Source: a bacterium
Lineage (GTDB): Bacteria > UBA8248 > JACPRG01 > G963555815
Assembly (NCBI GenBank): GCA_965218795.1
Contig: OZ244653.1
Coordinates: 2,528,001-2,592,000 of the forward strand
Reading direction: 5' to 3'
DNA length: 64,000 bases
Shown here: piece after piece, positions 30,785-40,535 of the stretch
How the letters are laid out: each line of letters starts with the position of its first letter
How positions within the stretch are numbered: position 1 is the stretch's first letter
Notes under the pieces: generated by a model
Told to the model about the DNA's origin: nothing
Database searches by the model: none
Seen by the model: only the letters and a program-made list of their open reading frames with translations
Made by a program: the position numbers and the translations under genes

Positions 30785-31231
30785 ATGGCTTTCGCGGATA
30801 CCAAACGACTGACCACCCATGGTGCAAAATTGATGATGGCGGCCGCTATCTCCAGGGCGGAGGAGTTCGGCATCGCCGCAACCATCGCCATTGTTGATGC
30901 GGGCGGTCACCTCATCCTCCTGGAACGCATGGATGGGGGCCGTTTCCACACAGTCCACTCTTCTATCACCAAAGCCGCCTGCTCTTCTTCGAACAAGCGG
31001 CCGACGACAACCCGCGGCGCTCAGGGACAAGTCCTGGACACCGCGCACGCCCTCGGCTTGGCTCTGGCGGCGGGTCCGTCCCGATGGACGGCGATGGAGG
31101 GCGGATTCCCGATCATCGTGGACGGGGAATGCCTCGGCGGGATCGGAGTGAGCGGTGGAACCTGGGAGCAGGACGAAGAGATCGCCAAGGCCGCCGTCGA
31201 AGCCGTCGGGGCGGGCTTCCAGATTGCATAA
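30785..31231 (+). CDS. GlcG/HbpS family heme-binding protein
   Basis: IAIVDAGG...RMDG...KA and GGFPI...GGIGVSGG...D..IA motifs. Confidence 0.92.
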   Translation: MAFADTKRLTTHGAKLMMAAAISRAEEFGIAATIAIVDAGGHLILLERMDGGRFHTVHSSITKAACSSSNKRPTTTRGAQGQVLDTAHALGLALAAGPSRWTAMEGGFPIIVDGECLGGIGVSGGTWEQDEEIAKAAVEAVGAGFQIA

Positions 31232-31537
31232 ATCCGGCTCGATCTTCACTCGACAACGGCCTGCAATTCTCATTCCTCTCAAATGACTGATGGATACAAC
31301 AAACGGCAGAATCAGAATCTGCAAACGGTGGTTGTGAAGGCTTCTCACAACCGGGTGGGAGCGAGAGCCGGAGGCAGAACCGATTGGGTCAGGGGATCGA
31401 ATCGGTTACAATCTTGTCACTTCAAGTCAATCCGAACATCCCTCACTTCCTCTCTGGAAACATGTACGGGAAGATAGTAATGAATACGGAAGATCCATTG
31501 TCCGACACGTTGTAGTCCCCGAAAGGAGAATCACGTC

Positions 31538-32509
31538 GTGAAAAAAGGAAGAACATTACTCGTCCTGATTGCCGCCCTGGTCTTACTCGCCGCCGGTGCG
31601 CCAACGGCATCGGCCGAATACCCTGACAGGCCCATCCAGTTCATCATCCCCTTCGGAGCGGGGGGTGGAGCCGACATCGAGGGCCGGCTTCTCGCAAAAG
31701 AGATGAGCAAGGTTCTCGGCGAGCCGGTGGTCGCCGTCAACAAGCCGGGCGCGGGCGGGGCGGTCACTTACACCTACGTCAAGAACGCCAAGCCCGACGG
31801 ATACACAGTGGCCTGGAATTCCACTTCCATCCTGACGACAACGAATATCGGCAATGTGAACTTCACGCACGATGCCATGGATCACGTTGGACGCGTCGAG
31901 TTCCAGCCAATGCCCTTTGTCGTGCGGGCCGACTCCCAATGGAAGACGTTCAACGACTTCGTGGCGGATTGCAAAAAAAACCCCGGCAAGTACAAGGTCG
32001 CCAACTCAACGACCGGGAGCGCCACGCATCTGGCTGCCATCGCCATGACGAACGCCGCCGGCTGCAAAGTGATCCATCTGCCTTTGGGCATCAAGCGTCG
32101 AAACGCGGGGGTGCTGAGCGGAGAAGCCGACGCCATGGCCGCCCCGCTGACGGGCGCCATCCGTCTGGCGCGGGCCGGAAAGTTCCGCATCCTGGCGGTC
32201 CCCAGCGAGAAGCGGAACGCGGTCATCCCCGACGTGCCGACCATGAAAGAGATCGGTTATCCCGCAGTCCTTGATCTGTTCAGGGGGTTGAGCGTACCCA
32301 AGGGGACCCCCGCCGCGGTGAAGGCCAAATTGGCCGACGCCATGATGAAAGCCGCCAGGTCCCCCGCCTTCATGAAGCTTGCGAAGAAGAAGGGCTTCAC
32401 GGTCGAACCAATGGATTCAAACGCCTTCAGCGGATATCTGAACAAAATGGATCAGGATGTCATTGCCATCATGGAGAGCGCCGGAATCTATCAATCCAAG
32501 AAGAAGTAG
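31538..32509 (+). CDS. tctC: Tripartite tricarboxylate transporter substrate-binding protein
   Basis: YPDRPI..IIPFGAGG..D, NKPGAGG, PDGYT and PDVPT.KE.G motifs. Confidence 0.93.
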   Translation: MKKGRTLLVLIAALVLLAAGAPTASAEYPDRPIQFIIPFGAGGGADIEGRLLAKEMSKVLGEPVVAVNKPGAGGAVTYTYVKNAKPDGYTVAWNSTSILTTTNIGNVNFTHDAMDHVGRVEFQPMPFVVRADSQWKTFNDFVADCKKNPGKYKVANSTTGSATHLAAIAMTNAAGCKVIHLPLGIKRRNAGVLSGEADAMAAPLTGAIRLARAGKFRILAVPSEKRNAVIPDVPTMKEIGYPAVLDLFRGLSVPKGTPAAVKAKLADAMMKAARSPAFMKLAKKKGFTVEPMDSNAFSGYLNKMDQDVIAIMESAGIYQSKKK

Positions 32510-32600
32510 GCAGCCATCCTTCGGGGACCGTTCGGCCGAATCAGCGGCGGGACGGTCCCCAGGCTTCTCCTCTATCACCCATCTCCATCAGGAGCGCCGG

Positions 32601-33065
32601 ATGCGCACGAAAGAGATGACGGGTGCGCTTATCCTCATCGCGTTCGCCGTCGCGTATGGCCTTCTGACGAGCGGCTTGACCGAACGAACTCTTCCCAACA
32701 CGCCGGGGCCATCCTTTCTGCCATGGAATTTGACCGTTTGCCTGCTGGCCCTATCCGCGATTTGGCTGGGTCAGGCCGTCTTCTCCAAGAAGACCGCCGA
32801 CTCCGGGAAAAAACCCGCCCGAGAAGGGCCGTCCGGTGCGGCCGTGTGGGTCGGACTGCTGGCCTTCTTGGGCTATCTGACTTTGCTTCCCTACATGGGA
32901 TTTCTTGTCTCGACGCCGCCCTTCTTCGGCGTGCTGATGTGGACGTTCGGGGAAAGGCGTCCCGGATCGCTTTGCGCCTATGCCATTGCGCTCCCGCTGT
33001 TCTTTTACGCTTTGTTCAAGATGTTGTTTCAGATCCCGCTTCCCTCCTCGGGACTGATTGGATAG
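32601..33065 (+). CDS. tctB: Tripartite tricarboxylate transporter small membrane subunit
   Basis: PGP.FLP, four hydrophobic segments and F...F.IPLP; lies between tctC and tctA. Confidence 0.88.
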   Translation: MRTKEMTGALILIAFAVAYGLLTSGLTERTLPNTPGPSFLPWNLTVCLLALSAIWLGQAVFSKKTADSGKKPAREGPSGAAVWVGLLAFLGYLTLLPYMGFLVSTPPFFGVLMWTFGERRPGSLCAYAIALPLFFYALFKMLFQIPLPSSGLIG

Positions 33066-33080
33066 ACGGAGTCACGCAGG

Positions 33081-34595
33081 ATGAGCCCGGACGTCCTCGC
33101 CGGATTTTTTCAGGCATTTTCTCCAACCAGTCTGGCGGCGGTGGCTTGCGGAGTCGTCATGGGGCTGACGGTGGGCATGCTGCCGGGCATGACCATCAGC
33201 GCGGGAATCATTATCGTCCTGCCTCTGACCTTCGTCCTGAATCCGGTCACGTCGATTGCGCTCCTGCTCGGATTGTATGCGGCAGGAATGGCCGGAGGCA
33301 GTTTCTCGGCCATCCTGTTGAACATCCCCGGAACGCCGTCGGCTTCGGCGACCGCGATCGACGGGTACCCTATGGCCCATCGCGGAGAAGCCGGCCGCGC
33401 GCTGGGGACGGCCATTCTCGCCAGCTTTCTCGGCGGGCTCTTCAGCTCCGTCTGCCTTTTCCTGATTGCCCCCCTGATCGCCGATGTCGCTCTTCGTTTT
33501 CGGGCGGCCGACTTGTTCAGTCTCGTGTTTTTCGGTCTCACGATCATATGCAGCTTTGCGGTTGAATCCGTTGTGAAGGGGTTGTTGTCGGGGCTGATCG
33601 GTCTGATCCTCGTCACTGTGGGGCAGGACCCGGTCATGGGAACGCCGCGCTTCACATTCGGGAACGTGAACCTGCTTTCGGGGATCCAGTTCCTCACAGC
33701 CCTGATCGGTCTGTTTGCAATCCCCCAAATCGCGTCGGAACTCCTTTCGAGGCGCCGCGCCGAAACCTCCAGGAAGCAAATCACGGGGATCGGCAGGCTC
33801 CTGCCCGGGTGGACGGACCTGAAGCGGCTTCGGCTGCCCGTCCCCATCGGTGCGGCGATCGGCACATTCATCGGGAGCCTGCCCGGGGCCGGAGGGCCTA
33901 TCGCCGCGTTCATCAGCTACGACTATACGAAAAAGCTGAGCAAAGACCCCGACCAATTTGGAACGGGATGCGTGGAAGGGATCGCCGCGCCCGAATCCGC
34001 AAACAATGCCGTTTGCGGCGGAGCGCTCATCCCCATGATGACCCTGGGCATTCCAGGCGATCCCGTGACTGCGATTTTGATCGGGGCGCTGCTTGTCCAC
34101 GGGTTGGCCCCCGGCCCTCTCCTCTTCATGGAGCAGGGGGATTTCGCCTACTCCATCATTATTCTGTTCTTCGTTGCGAACATCTTCACGCTCATCGTTG
34201 CTCTGGCGGGCGCGCGGCTTCTGGTCAAGGTCATCGACCTTCCCAAGCGAATTCTCATGCCGACCATTGCCGTTCTCTGCGTCATCGGAAGTTACGCGCT
34301 GCGGAATTCTTTCTTCGATACCTTTGTAATGTTCGGGTTCGGAATTCTGGGCATCGCCCTGCGGTCGCTGAATATCCCGGTCGTCCCCCTGCTGCTGGCT
34401 TTGGTCCTGGGGCGTCAGATGGAGGAGCACCTCCGCGTCGCCCTCACCGGCTCCAAGGGAGACATCTCGATCTTTTTCACGTCGCCCATCAGCCTGAGCT
34501 TTCTGGTTCTCTCCGTCCTTTCGATCCTCTGGCCATTTGCGGCCGAGGCGCGCAAACGGAAAAGGCGAGGCCCATTGAATCGAGGAGAAAGATGA
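33081..34595 (+). CDS. tctA: Tripartite tricarboxylate transporter large membrane subunit
   Basis: GMLPG, ILLNIPGTP, DGYPM, APESANNA and LGIPG motifs. Confidence 0.95.
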   Translation: MSPDVLAGFFQAFSPTSLAAVACGVVMGLTVGMLPGMTISAGIIIVLPLTFVLNPVTSIALLLGLYAAGMAGGSFSAILLNIPGTPSASATAIDGYPMAHRGEAGRALGTAILASFLGGLFSSVCLFLIAPLIADVALRFRAADLFSLVFFGLTIICSFAVESVVKGLLSGLIGLILVTVGQDPVMGTPRFTFGNVNLLSGIQFLTALIGLFAIPQIASELLSRRRAETSRKQITGIGRLLPGWTDLKRLRLPVPIGAAIGTFIGSLPGAGGPIAAFISYDYTKKLSKDPDQFGTGCVEGIAAPESANNAVCGGALIPMMTLGIPGDPVTAILIGALLVHGLAPGPLLFMEQGDFAYSIIILFFVANIFTLIVALAGARLLVKVIDLPKRILMPTIAVLCVIGSYALRNSFFDTFVMFGFGILGIALRSLNIPVVPLLLALVLGRQMEEHLRVALTGSKGDISIFFTSPISLSFLVLSVLSILWPFAAEARKRKRRGPLNRGER

Positions 34596-35608
34596 TGAAC
34601 GCCGATCCGGTCCGCGTCGCCTGCATTGGAATGGGATGGTGGTCCGATGCGCTGGCCGACGCCATCCAGCGATCCGGAAAACTCCAGATCGTGCGCTGTT
34701 ACACCCGGACCGAGGAGAAACGCGCCGCCTTCGCAAAGAAGTACAATTGCGAAGCTGCGGCCTCATTGGGGGAGATCCTCGACGACCCCTCCGTGGAGGC
34801 CCTGATCAACACCACGCCCAACAACGTTCATCTGGAGACCTGCGCGGCGGCGGCGAAGGCGGGGAAACACGTGTTCGTCGACAAGCCCATCGCCAATACC
34901 CTGGCGGACGGCCGCGCGATCGTCCGGGCCTGCCGGGAAGGGGGCGTGCTCCTCGCCGTCGGCTATCAGCGGCGGCGGGAAAACCATTTCCGCTGGATCC
35001 GCGGGGTCATCGAGGAGGGTCGCTTTGGAACCCTGTCTCAGGCGGAAGCCAATATCGCCCGGCACCGGATGGGGAGGTTCGATTCGACCTCCTGGCGCCA
35101 CCAGGCTTCAGAGATGCCGGGCGGCGTCATGCTTCAGATCGGGCTCCATTACGTGGACGTGCTCGAGTACCTCATCGGGCCGGTCAAAGCCGTCAACGGC
35201 GCGATCCAGCACTTGGTGATGGAAGGCGAAAACCCGGACGTCGCATCCCTTCAGATGGAACATGAAAACGGGGTCCTCTCCAACCTCCTCGCCTGCTACT
35301 GCGCCTCGGATGAGCTGTACACCTTCAATGTGTATGGAACGGACGCTACGGCTTATTTCAACCTTCAGGAAGGCTTGCGCTTTCTCCCTCGGGGTCAAAC
35401 CGAACTGGAACGGGTGCAGTGCGAGGAAAACGATACCCTCGTGGAAGAACTGGAGGAGTTCGCCGCCTGCGCGCGAGGGAACGGACAGCCGGAAATGGAC
35501 GGGGGGAAATCCCTGACCTCCCTGGCCGTGATTCGGGCGGGGATCAAATCGGCCGCCGAAGGGCGGCGCGTGTCGATCGGAGAGATCCTGGGCTCGGACG
35601 ACGAATGA
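34592..35608 (+). CDS. Gfo/Idh/MocA family oxidoreductase
   Basis: IGMGWW, TPNNVH, GKHVFVDKP and GG.MLQIGLH motifs; ATGA overlap with tctA. Confidence 0.92.
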   Translation: MMNADPVRVACIGMGWWSDALADAIQRSGKLQIVRCYTRTEEKRAAFAKKYNCEAAASLGEILDDPSVEALINTTPNNVHLETCAAAAKAGKHVFVDKPIANTLADGRAIVRACREGGVLLAVGYQRRRENHFRWIRGVIEEGRFGTLSQAEANIARHRMGRFDSTSWRHQASEMPGGVMLQIGLHYVDVLEYLIGPVKAVNGAIQHLVMEGENPDVASLQMEHENGVLSNLLACYCASDELYTFNVYGTDATAYFNLQEGLRFLPRGQTELERVQCEENDTLVEELEEFAACARGNGQPEMDGGKSLTSLAVIRAGIKSAAEGRRVSIGEILGSDDE

Positions 35609-35677
35609 TCTCTCGGAGAAATCCGGAGTGCCGGGGCGGTCGATTCAAGACTCTTGCGCCACCCGCGCGCCATGCCC

Positions 35678-35869
35678 AGGTCGTTCGGAATCGCATGAAA
35701 CGCTGGAACGACAAGCAGCACCGGAATCGAGGACGCCGGCAACCCAAAGGCGAGACTCGCCAACAACGGGATCAGCGTCCGGGCTTGAAGGCTTCGCTCG
35801 GTCAGAAGCGGCAGCATCCCCATGATGGGGGTCAACGTCGTGAAAAGCATGGCGCGGAAGCGGTCCCGG
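35678..35869 (-). pseudogene. RND efflux permease C-terminal remnant (last two TM helices)
   Basis: RFRAMLFTTLT..GMLPLL.E.SLQA..LIPL..SLAFGL...LLVVPAF matches the AcrB/MdtB-family terminus. Confidence 0.8.
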
Positions 35870-36129
35870 CTGACGGAACGGGATTCGTTCGGGTGTTTCG
35901 CGGCCGCTGCTCCGGCAGGCGGCAAACCCTGCCCGAGCAATATCAATGGAACAATCAGGGGCTTTTCGGGACGCTCAACCGTATGGGGAGCCGCCATGTC
36001 CGTCCATCCCCGCTGATCGAATCCACCGCTCGTCAGGCCGTTCCAGTTGACGCGGGATGGATCCATCGGATCCGCCGGCAATCGTTTCACGAATCTCGCA
36101 GTACGATGCATCGAAAAGGAGGCCGACAA

Positions 36130-36471
36130 ATGCCGCTCATTCATTGGAACGAGATCGAAGAGATGAACATGGAGAATACGGCGCGGGCCCGGGTCGTGCG
36201 AACAGATCAGGTGATGGCGTGCCGGATCGTCGCTCCCGGAGGGATTCGGACGGAGACGCACACCCACCCCTTTGATCAAATCACCCATATGATGCGTGGC
36301 AAACTGAAGTTCCATCTGGGGGATGAGGATTATAAGATAGTCCGTCCGGGGGACGTCCTGGTGGTTCCGGCGGGAACGCCCCACGGAGGCGAGGTGCTTG
36401 AAAGAGCCGAATATATCGATTTCTTTTCGGCTTTGAATCCAATGTTTTCCCCCAATGCCACGAACCCCTGA
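36130..36471 (+). CDS. Cupin domain protein
   Basis: GGAGG RBS; HTHPFDQ...G and PGD....PAG.PH motifs. Confidence 0.88.
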   Translation: MPLIHWNEIEEMNMENTARARVVRTDQVMACRIVAPGGIRTETHTHPFDQITHMMRGKLKFHLGDEDYKIVRPGDVLVVPAGTPHGGEVLERAEYIDFFSALNPMFSPNATNP

Positions 36472-36518
36472 TATGCGGCATGCCCGCATCCATCAGGGCA
36501 AGGACCGGGAGAGCCGAC

Positions 36519-37289
36519 ATGGCCTATCATTTACGAATCATTCACTACGGGGATCAGGGGTTTCCGGGTTCGGCGTTCTTCCATCTCAGCCGATTCGGCG
36601 AGATCTTGAACATTCCCTTCTACTTCTGGGTCGCGCAAGGGGAAGGCCGGACCATCCTGATCGACACCGGGGTCAGTTCGGAGCAGGCAGCCGTCGAGAG
36701 TGAAAACACCGTCGCGCGATTTGGGGAAGAGTGCTCATGGAACGTTCCGCCTGAAAAAGATCCCGTCAAACAGTTGGGGGAACTGGGGATCACGCCCGAT
36801 ACGGTCGACGCGATCATATTCACTCATCTGCATCCCGATCACTCCGCCAACCTCCCGGCATTCCCGAAGCCTCAGCTCATCATGGCGCGGCGGGCATGGG
36901 AGGCCATTCATGCCCCCGCCCATCCCGCCCTCATCAAACCGGGGATGTACCCCGACTATGTCATGGAAGAGCTTGAACGGGAACTGGGCAAGCGATTTCG
37001 CCTTGTAGAGGACGGCGAGGACGTATTCCCCGGGATTCGCTGCTACCGTGTCGGAGGCCACAGCCCGGATTTGACTGTTGTCACGGTGGAAACGTCCGAG
37101 GGCGAGGTCGTGATTGCAAGCGATGCCGCTGTTCATTATGAAAGTTTGGATTTGAACTGGCCAACGGCCAGTTTCAACATGGCGGACTCACTGTACGCTT
37201 TGGACTTCATCAGAGGCAGAGGGGGCATCGTGCTCCCGGGTCACGATTGGGACGTTCTCAAACGGCACCCCTCAGGCGTCATTGGGTGA
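36519..37289 (+). CDS. Metallo-beta-lactamase fold hydrolase (N-acyl homoserine lactonase-like)
   Basis: LIDTG, THLHPDH, GHS, SDA and PGHD motifs. Confidence 0.9.
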   Translation: MAYHLRIIHYGDQGFPGSAFFHLSRFGEILNIPFYFWVAQGEGRTILIDTGVSSEQAAVESENTVARFGEECSWNVPPEKDPVKQLGELGITPDTVDAIIFTHLHPDHSANLPAFPKPQLIMARRAWEAIHAPAHPALIKPGMYPDYVMEELERELGKRFRLVEDGEDVFPGIRCYRVGGHSPDLTVVTVETSEGEVVIASDAAVHYESLDLNWPTASFNMADSLYALDFIRGRGGIVLPGHDWDVLKRHPSGVIG

Positions 37290-37580
37290 TTGCTTGATTG
37301 TGGAAACAAAAGGCAGCACCTATGGACGACAGGGGCTTCCCGGTTCGGACAACGGATGATTGACGGGTTTCGTCAAGGCCGACATAGACGCGAATACGAA
37401 TTTTTCCCGAACCCCGCCCACTGACACATAGACGGAAGCATGGGTTTTGCCTATTTTCGAGAAAATGAATTCTTTGAATCAGGCCCATAAAATGAAAGAA
37501 TAACAGTTCTATTTACAATTTCAACGCGAGTCATCGTAAATAGCACTTCCCCTCACTCCCACATTCGTCAGCGTCCGTTG

Positions 37581-37959
37581 CTACTGACCTGCCTGCTTCT
37601 TCCACTTCGCAAGTAGGGCTTGCTGCTGATCTTTGGACAGATTCGTGAACGCCTGTTCGGCCTTTTTCTCTGCCTTCTCCGGGTCGATTACACTCTCACG
37701 CTGGCGTCGGACGCGATGTCCGTACTTGTAATCACGCCATCGCGTATCAAAGTGAGAAGCCCAATAATCGGACCCTCACCTTCTACAGAAGCTGGAAAGT
37801 AGTACGTAGTATAGTTCGTCACTTCCTTCTGATTCACTTGGCATTTCCATACTTGATACCCGGGCCACTGTCCACAAGATCGTGGTTCTCCGGGGGCCGC
37901 TCAGCTTCGTATGCCTTGTTTGCCGCTTCGACTAATTTTAGAATCTGTTCTGAATTCAT
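37581..37959 (-). pseudogene. Unknown ~126-aa protein broken by two single-base deletions
   Basis: GGAG RBS and MNSEQILK start. Frames join at about 37837 and 37770 to give a continuous product ending ...QQQALLAKWKKQAGQ*. Span 379 nt = 381 minus 2. Confidence 0.5.
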
Positions 37960-38158
37960 CTTTTTCTCTCCTCTCTGTTGGGGAGGCGGTCTGGTCAAGA
38001 GTTGGCCATCAGACTGAGGGCTTTCCGCCAAATATCTGCAAGCGATCCAGAAACCGTACTCGCTCTCCGAACTCCTCCAAAGCGTTCGGCGGATGCTTGA
38101 TCGCCGCCGAGCCCTTCCCCCTGGAATCCCAGCCGCAGCTTCGCCTTCGTCACCCTGG

Positions 38159-40228
38159 TCAAGCGTCCAGCAGCTTCGAGAACTCCTCCAGGTCGTCGGT
38201 GGGCGCCTGGCATGTATAGTTCTCACAGAGATAGGCCGTCGCCCGTCCGTTCAATTGGCTCTTTCCGGCCAGCAGGGGAACCTCCTGTCCGACGGTCTCG
38301 AGGTCAGCGTTGGGGTCCATGAGGGCAACCACCTGATTCGGCCGAAACCGCCGCCGAACCGCTCGCAAAAGAACCCGCGTGTCTTCCGCATCGGACGCTC
38401 CGACGATGGCCACCTCTTGCGGGGTGTCCAGATAGAAATCCAGCGCAACGAAGAAGCGGGAGAAACCTGCCGGGACTTTCTCCATCATCGTCCTGAAGAC
38501 GCGGAAAAGATCGACACCCTTGGCCCGGAATTCGGCCTCACCCGTCAGCACCGCCAGCCGGAGAAGCGTTTCCGTCGCGACGGCGTTCCCTGAGGGGATG
38601 GCCCCATCCAGACCGCTCCTGGCCCTCGTCAACAGCTGCTCGTGGTTCTTTCCGGTGAAATAGAAGCCGCCCTCCTCTTCGTCCCAGAAATATTCAATCA
38701 GGACATTCATCCATCGCTTGGCCTCGCCGAGCCAGCGGGTATCGAAGGTCGTCTCGTACAAATCGGTGAAGCCGGCGGAGAGGAAGGCGTAGTCGTCAAG
38801 ATAGGCGTTGAGCCGGCTTCGGCCTTCCCGGTGGGTCGCCAGAAGCAATCCGTCCCGGCACATCTCGGAAAGAATGAAATCCGCAGCCCGACCGGCGGCT
38901 TCGGCGTAGGCCGGATCGTCCAACACCTGAGACCCTTTGGCCATCGCGGAAACCATCAACCCATTCCAACTGGTCAGGATCTTGTCGTCGAGGCCGGGCT
39001 TCACCCTGCCCTCACGAATTTTGAACATTTCCTTCTTTGCCGAGACGAGAAGCCTCCCGGCAGCCTCCGGTTCCATCCCGAGTTCCCGCGCGATTTCTTC
39101 CAGGGACCGATTGACATGGAGGGCGCTGGTTCCATGCTCAAAATTTCCCGCATCCGTTACATTGAAATACCGGCAGAAGACACGCGCGGCGTCTTCATCG
39201 AGATGCTCCCGTATCTCTTCCGGCCGCCAGACGAAGAACTTCCCTTCGACGCCTTCGCTGTCCGCGTCCTGAGTGGAGTAAAAAGGCCCGCGGGGATCCT
39301 GCATCTCTCGCAGGATGTAATCCAGCGTTTCCCGGGCCACGTCGGCATAGAATTCATTGCCTGTCGCCTGATACGCTTCCAGGTAGACGGGCGTGAGCAG
39401 GGCGTTATCGTAGAGCATCTTTTCGAAGTGGGGGATGAGCCACTGATCGTCGGTCGAGTAGCGGTGAAACCCGCCTCCGAGCTGATCGTACATCCCCCCC
39501 CGCGCCATATGCTGAAGCGTCTTTTCCACCATCTGGAGAAGCGTTTCTCTTCCGGTCTTTCTCCAGGCGCGAAGCAGCAGGGACAGGCTTCCGCTCGGCG
39601 GAAATTTCGGCGCGTTTCCGAACCCGCCATACCTTTCCTCGAATCGACCCTCCAGCTCCCTCACGGCGTTTCGAATCAAATCGTCGGTGAGCAGGTCGGA
39701 AGAAGGATGGACCCGCGACATCTGCTGCAGATTTTGCATGATCTGTTCACCGCTCTGACGGATATGATCCTTCCGGTCCCGATAGGCCTCCGCAAGGGCC
39801 TGGAGAAGCCCCTTGAAGCCGGACCGCCCGTAGCGGTCATCCGGCGGAAAGTAAGTCCCTCCATAGAATGGGCGCAGGTCCGGGGATAGAAAGACCGTCA
39901 TAGGCCAACCTCCCTGCCCGGTCATCATCTGAACGGCGTGCATGTAGATGTCGTCCAGATCCGGCCGCTCTTCCCGGTCCACCTTGATATTGACGAAGTG
40001 CTCGTTCATGACTGCGGCAATCTCGTCATTTTCGAACGATTCCCGCTCCATCACGTGGCACCAGTGGCACGCGGAATAGCCGATGCTCAGGAGGATGGGC
40101 CTGTCTTCGTCCCGCGACCGTCCAATGGCTTCATCACCCCAGGGGTACCAATCCACCGGATTATGGGCGTGCTGCAGAAGGTACGGGCTTGTTTCCCGGC
40201 TGAGACGGTTGGTCGATTTTTCACTCAT
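38159..40228 (-). CDS. yyaL: Thioredoxin domain-containing protein (YyaL/SSP411 family)
   Basis: [42 protein letters not shown] and DDKILTSWN motifs. Confidence 0.95.
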   Translation of the reverse strand: MSEKSTNRLSRETSPYLLQHAHNPVDWYPWGDEAIGRSRDEDRPILLSIGYSACHWCHVMERESFENDEIAAVMNEHFVNIKVDREERPDLDDIYMHAVQMMTGQGGWPMTVFLSPDLRPFYGGTYFPPDDRYGRSGFKGLLQALAEAYRDRKDHIRQSGEQIMQNLQQMSRVHPSSDLLTDDLIRNAVRELEGRFEERYGGFGNAPKFPPSGSLSLLLRAWRKTGRETLLQMVEKTLQHMARGGMYDQLGGGFHRYSTDDQWLIPHFEKMLYDNALLTPVYLEAYQATGNEFYADVARETLDYILREMQDPRGPFYSTQDADSEGVEGKFFVWRPEEIREHLDEDAARVFCRYFNVTDAGNFEHGTSALHVNRSLEEIARELGMEPEAAGRLLVSAKKEMFKIREGRVKPGLDDKILTSWNGLMVSAMAKGSQVLDDPAYAEAAGRAADFILSEMCRDGLLLATHREGRSRLNAYLDDYAFLSAGFTDLYETTFDTRWLGEAKRWMNVLIEYFWDEEEGGFYFTGKNHEQLLTRARSGLDGAIPSGNAVATETLLRLAVLTGEAEFRAKGVDLFRVFRTMMEKVPAGFSRFFVALDFYLDTPQEVAIVGASDAEDTRVLLRAVRRRFRPNQVVALMDPNADLETVGQEVPLLAGKSQLNGRATAYLCENYTCQAPTDDLEEFSKLLDA

Positions 40229-40535
40229 CGGAAACTCTACTCCCATTGAATGCGGAAGGCGTGAACAGACAGTGAGGGGGGTTCGCAGGCCGTTGGACGC
40301 CTGCCGTCTCCCTTATTTCCTATGTTAGCTGGAAACTTCGAATCGGCGAAATTTCAAATTCAATGAAATGGAATAACCGCGGGAGGGTCAGGGCGCGTCG
40401 GGTGGGAGAACTTAACGCCGAAGGGCGTCCGCATCGCCCGTCCGTTCCGCACAAAGGCTCGGGCGGCAGAAACCGTTGCAATCTCCACGGTTAGCCCGAG
40501 CCGTGCTCGAGCGGCAACGCCCGCTTCTAGGATGA

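Noticed and set aside
33809-34591. N-terminal extension making a 599-aa Gfo/Idh protein (similar extensions on ORFs 15796-16854 and 35419-36471)
   Set aside because: The extensions overlap other genes out of frame or lack motifs; better starts with RBS lie downstream.
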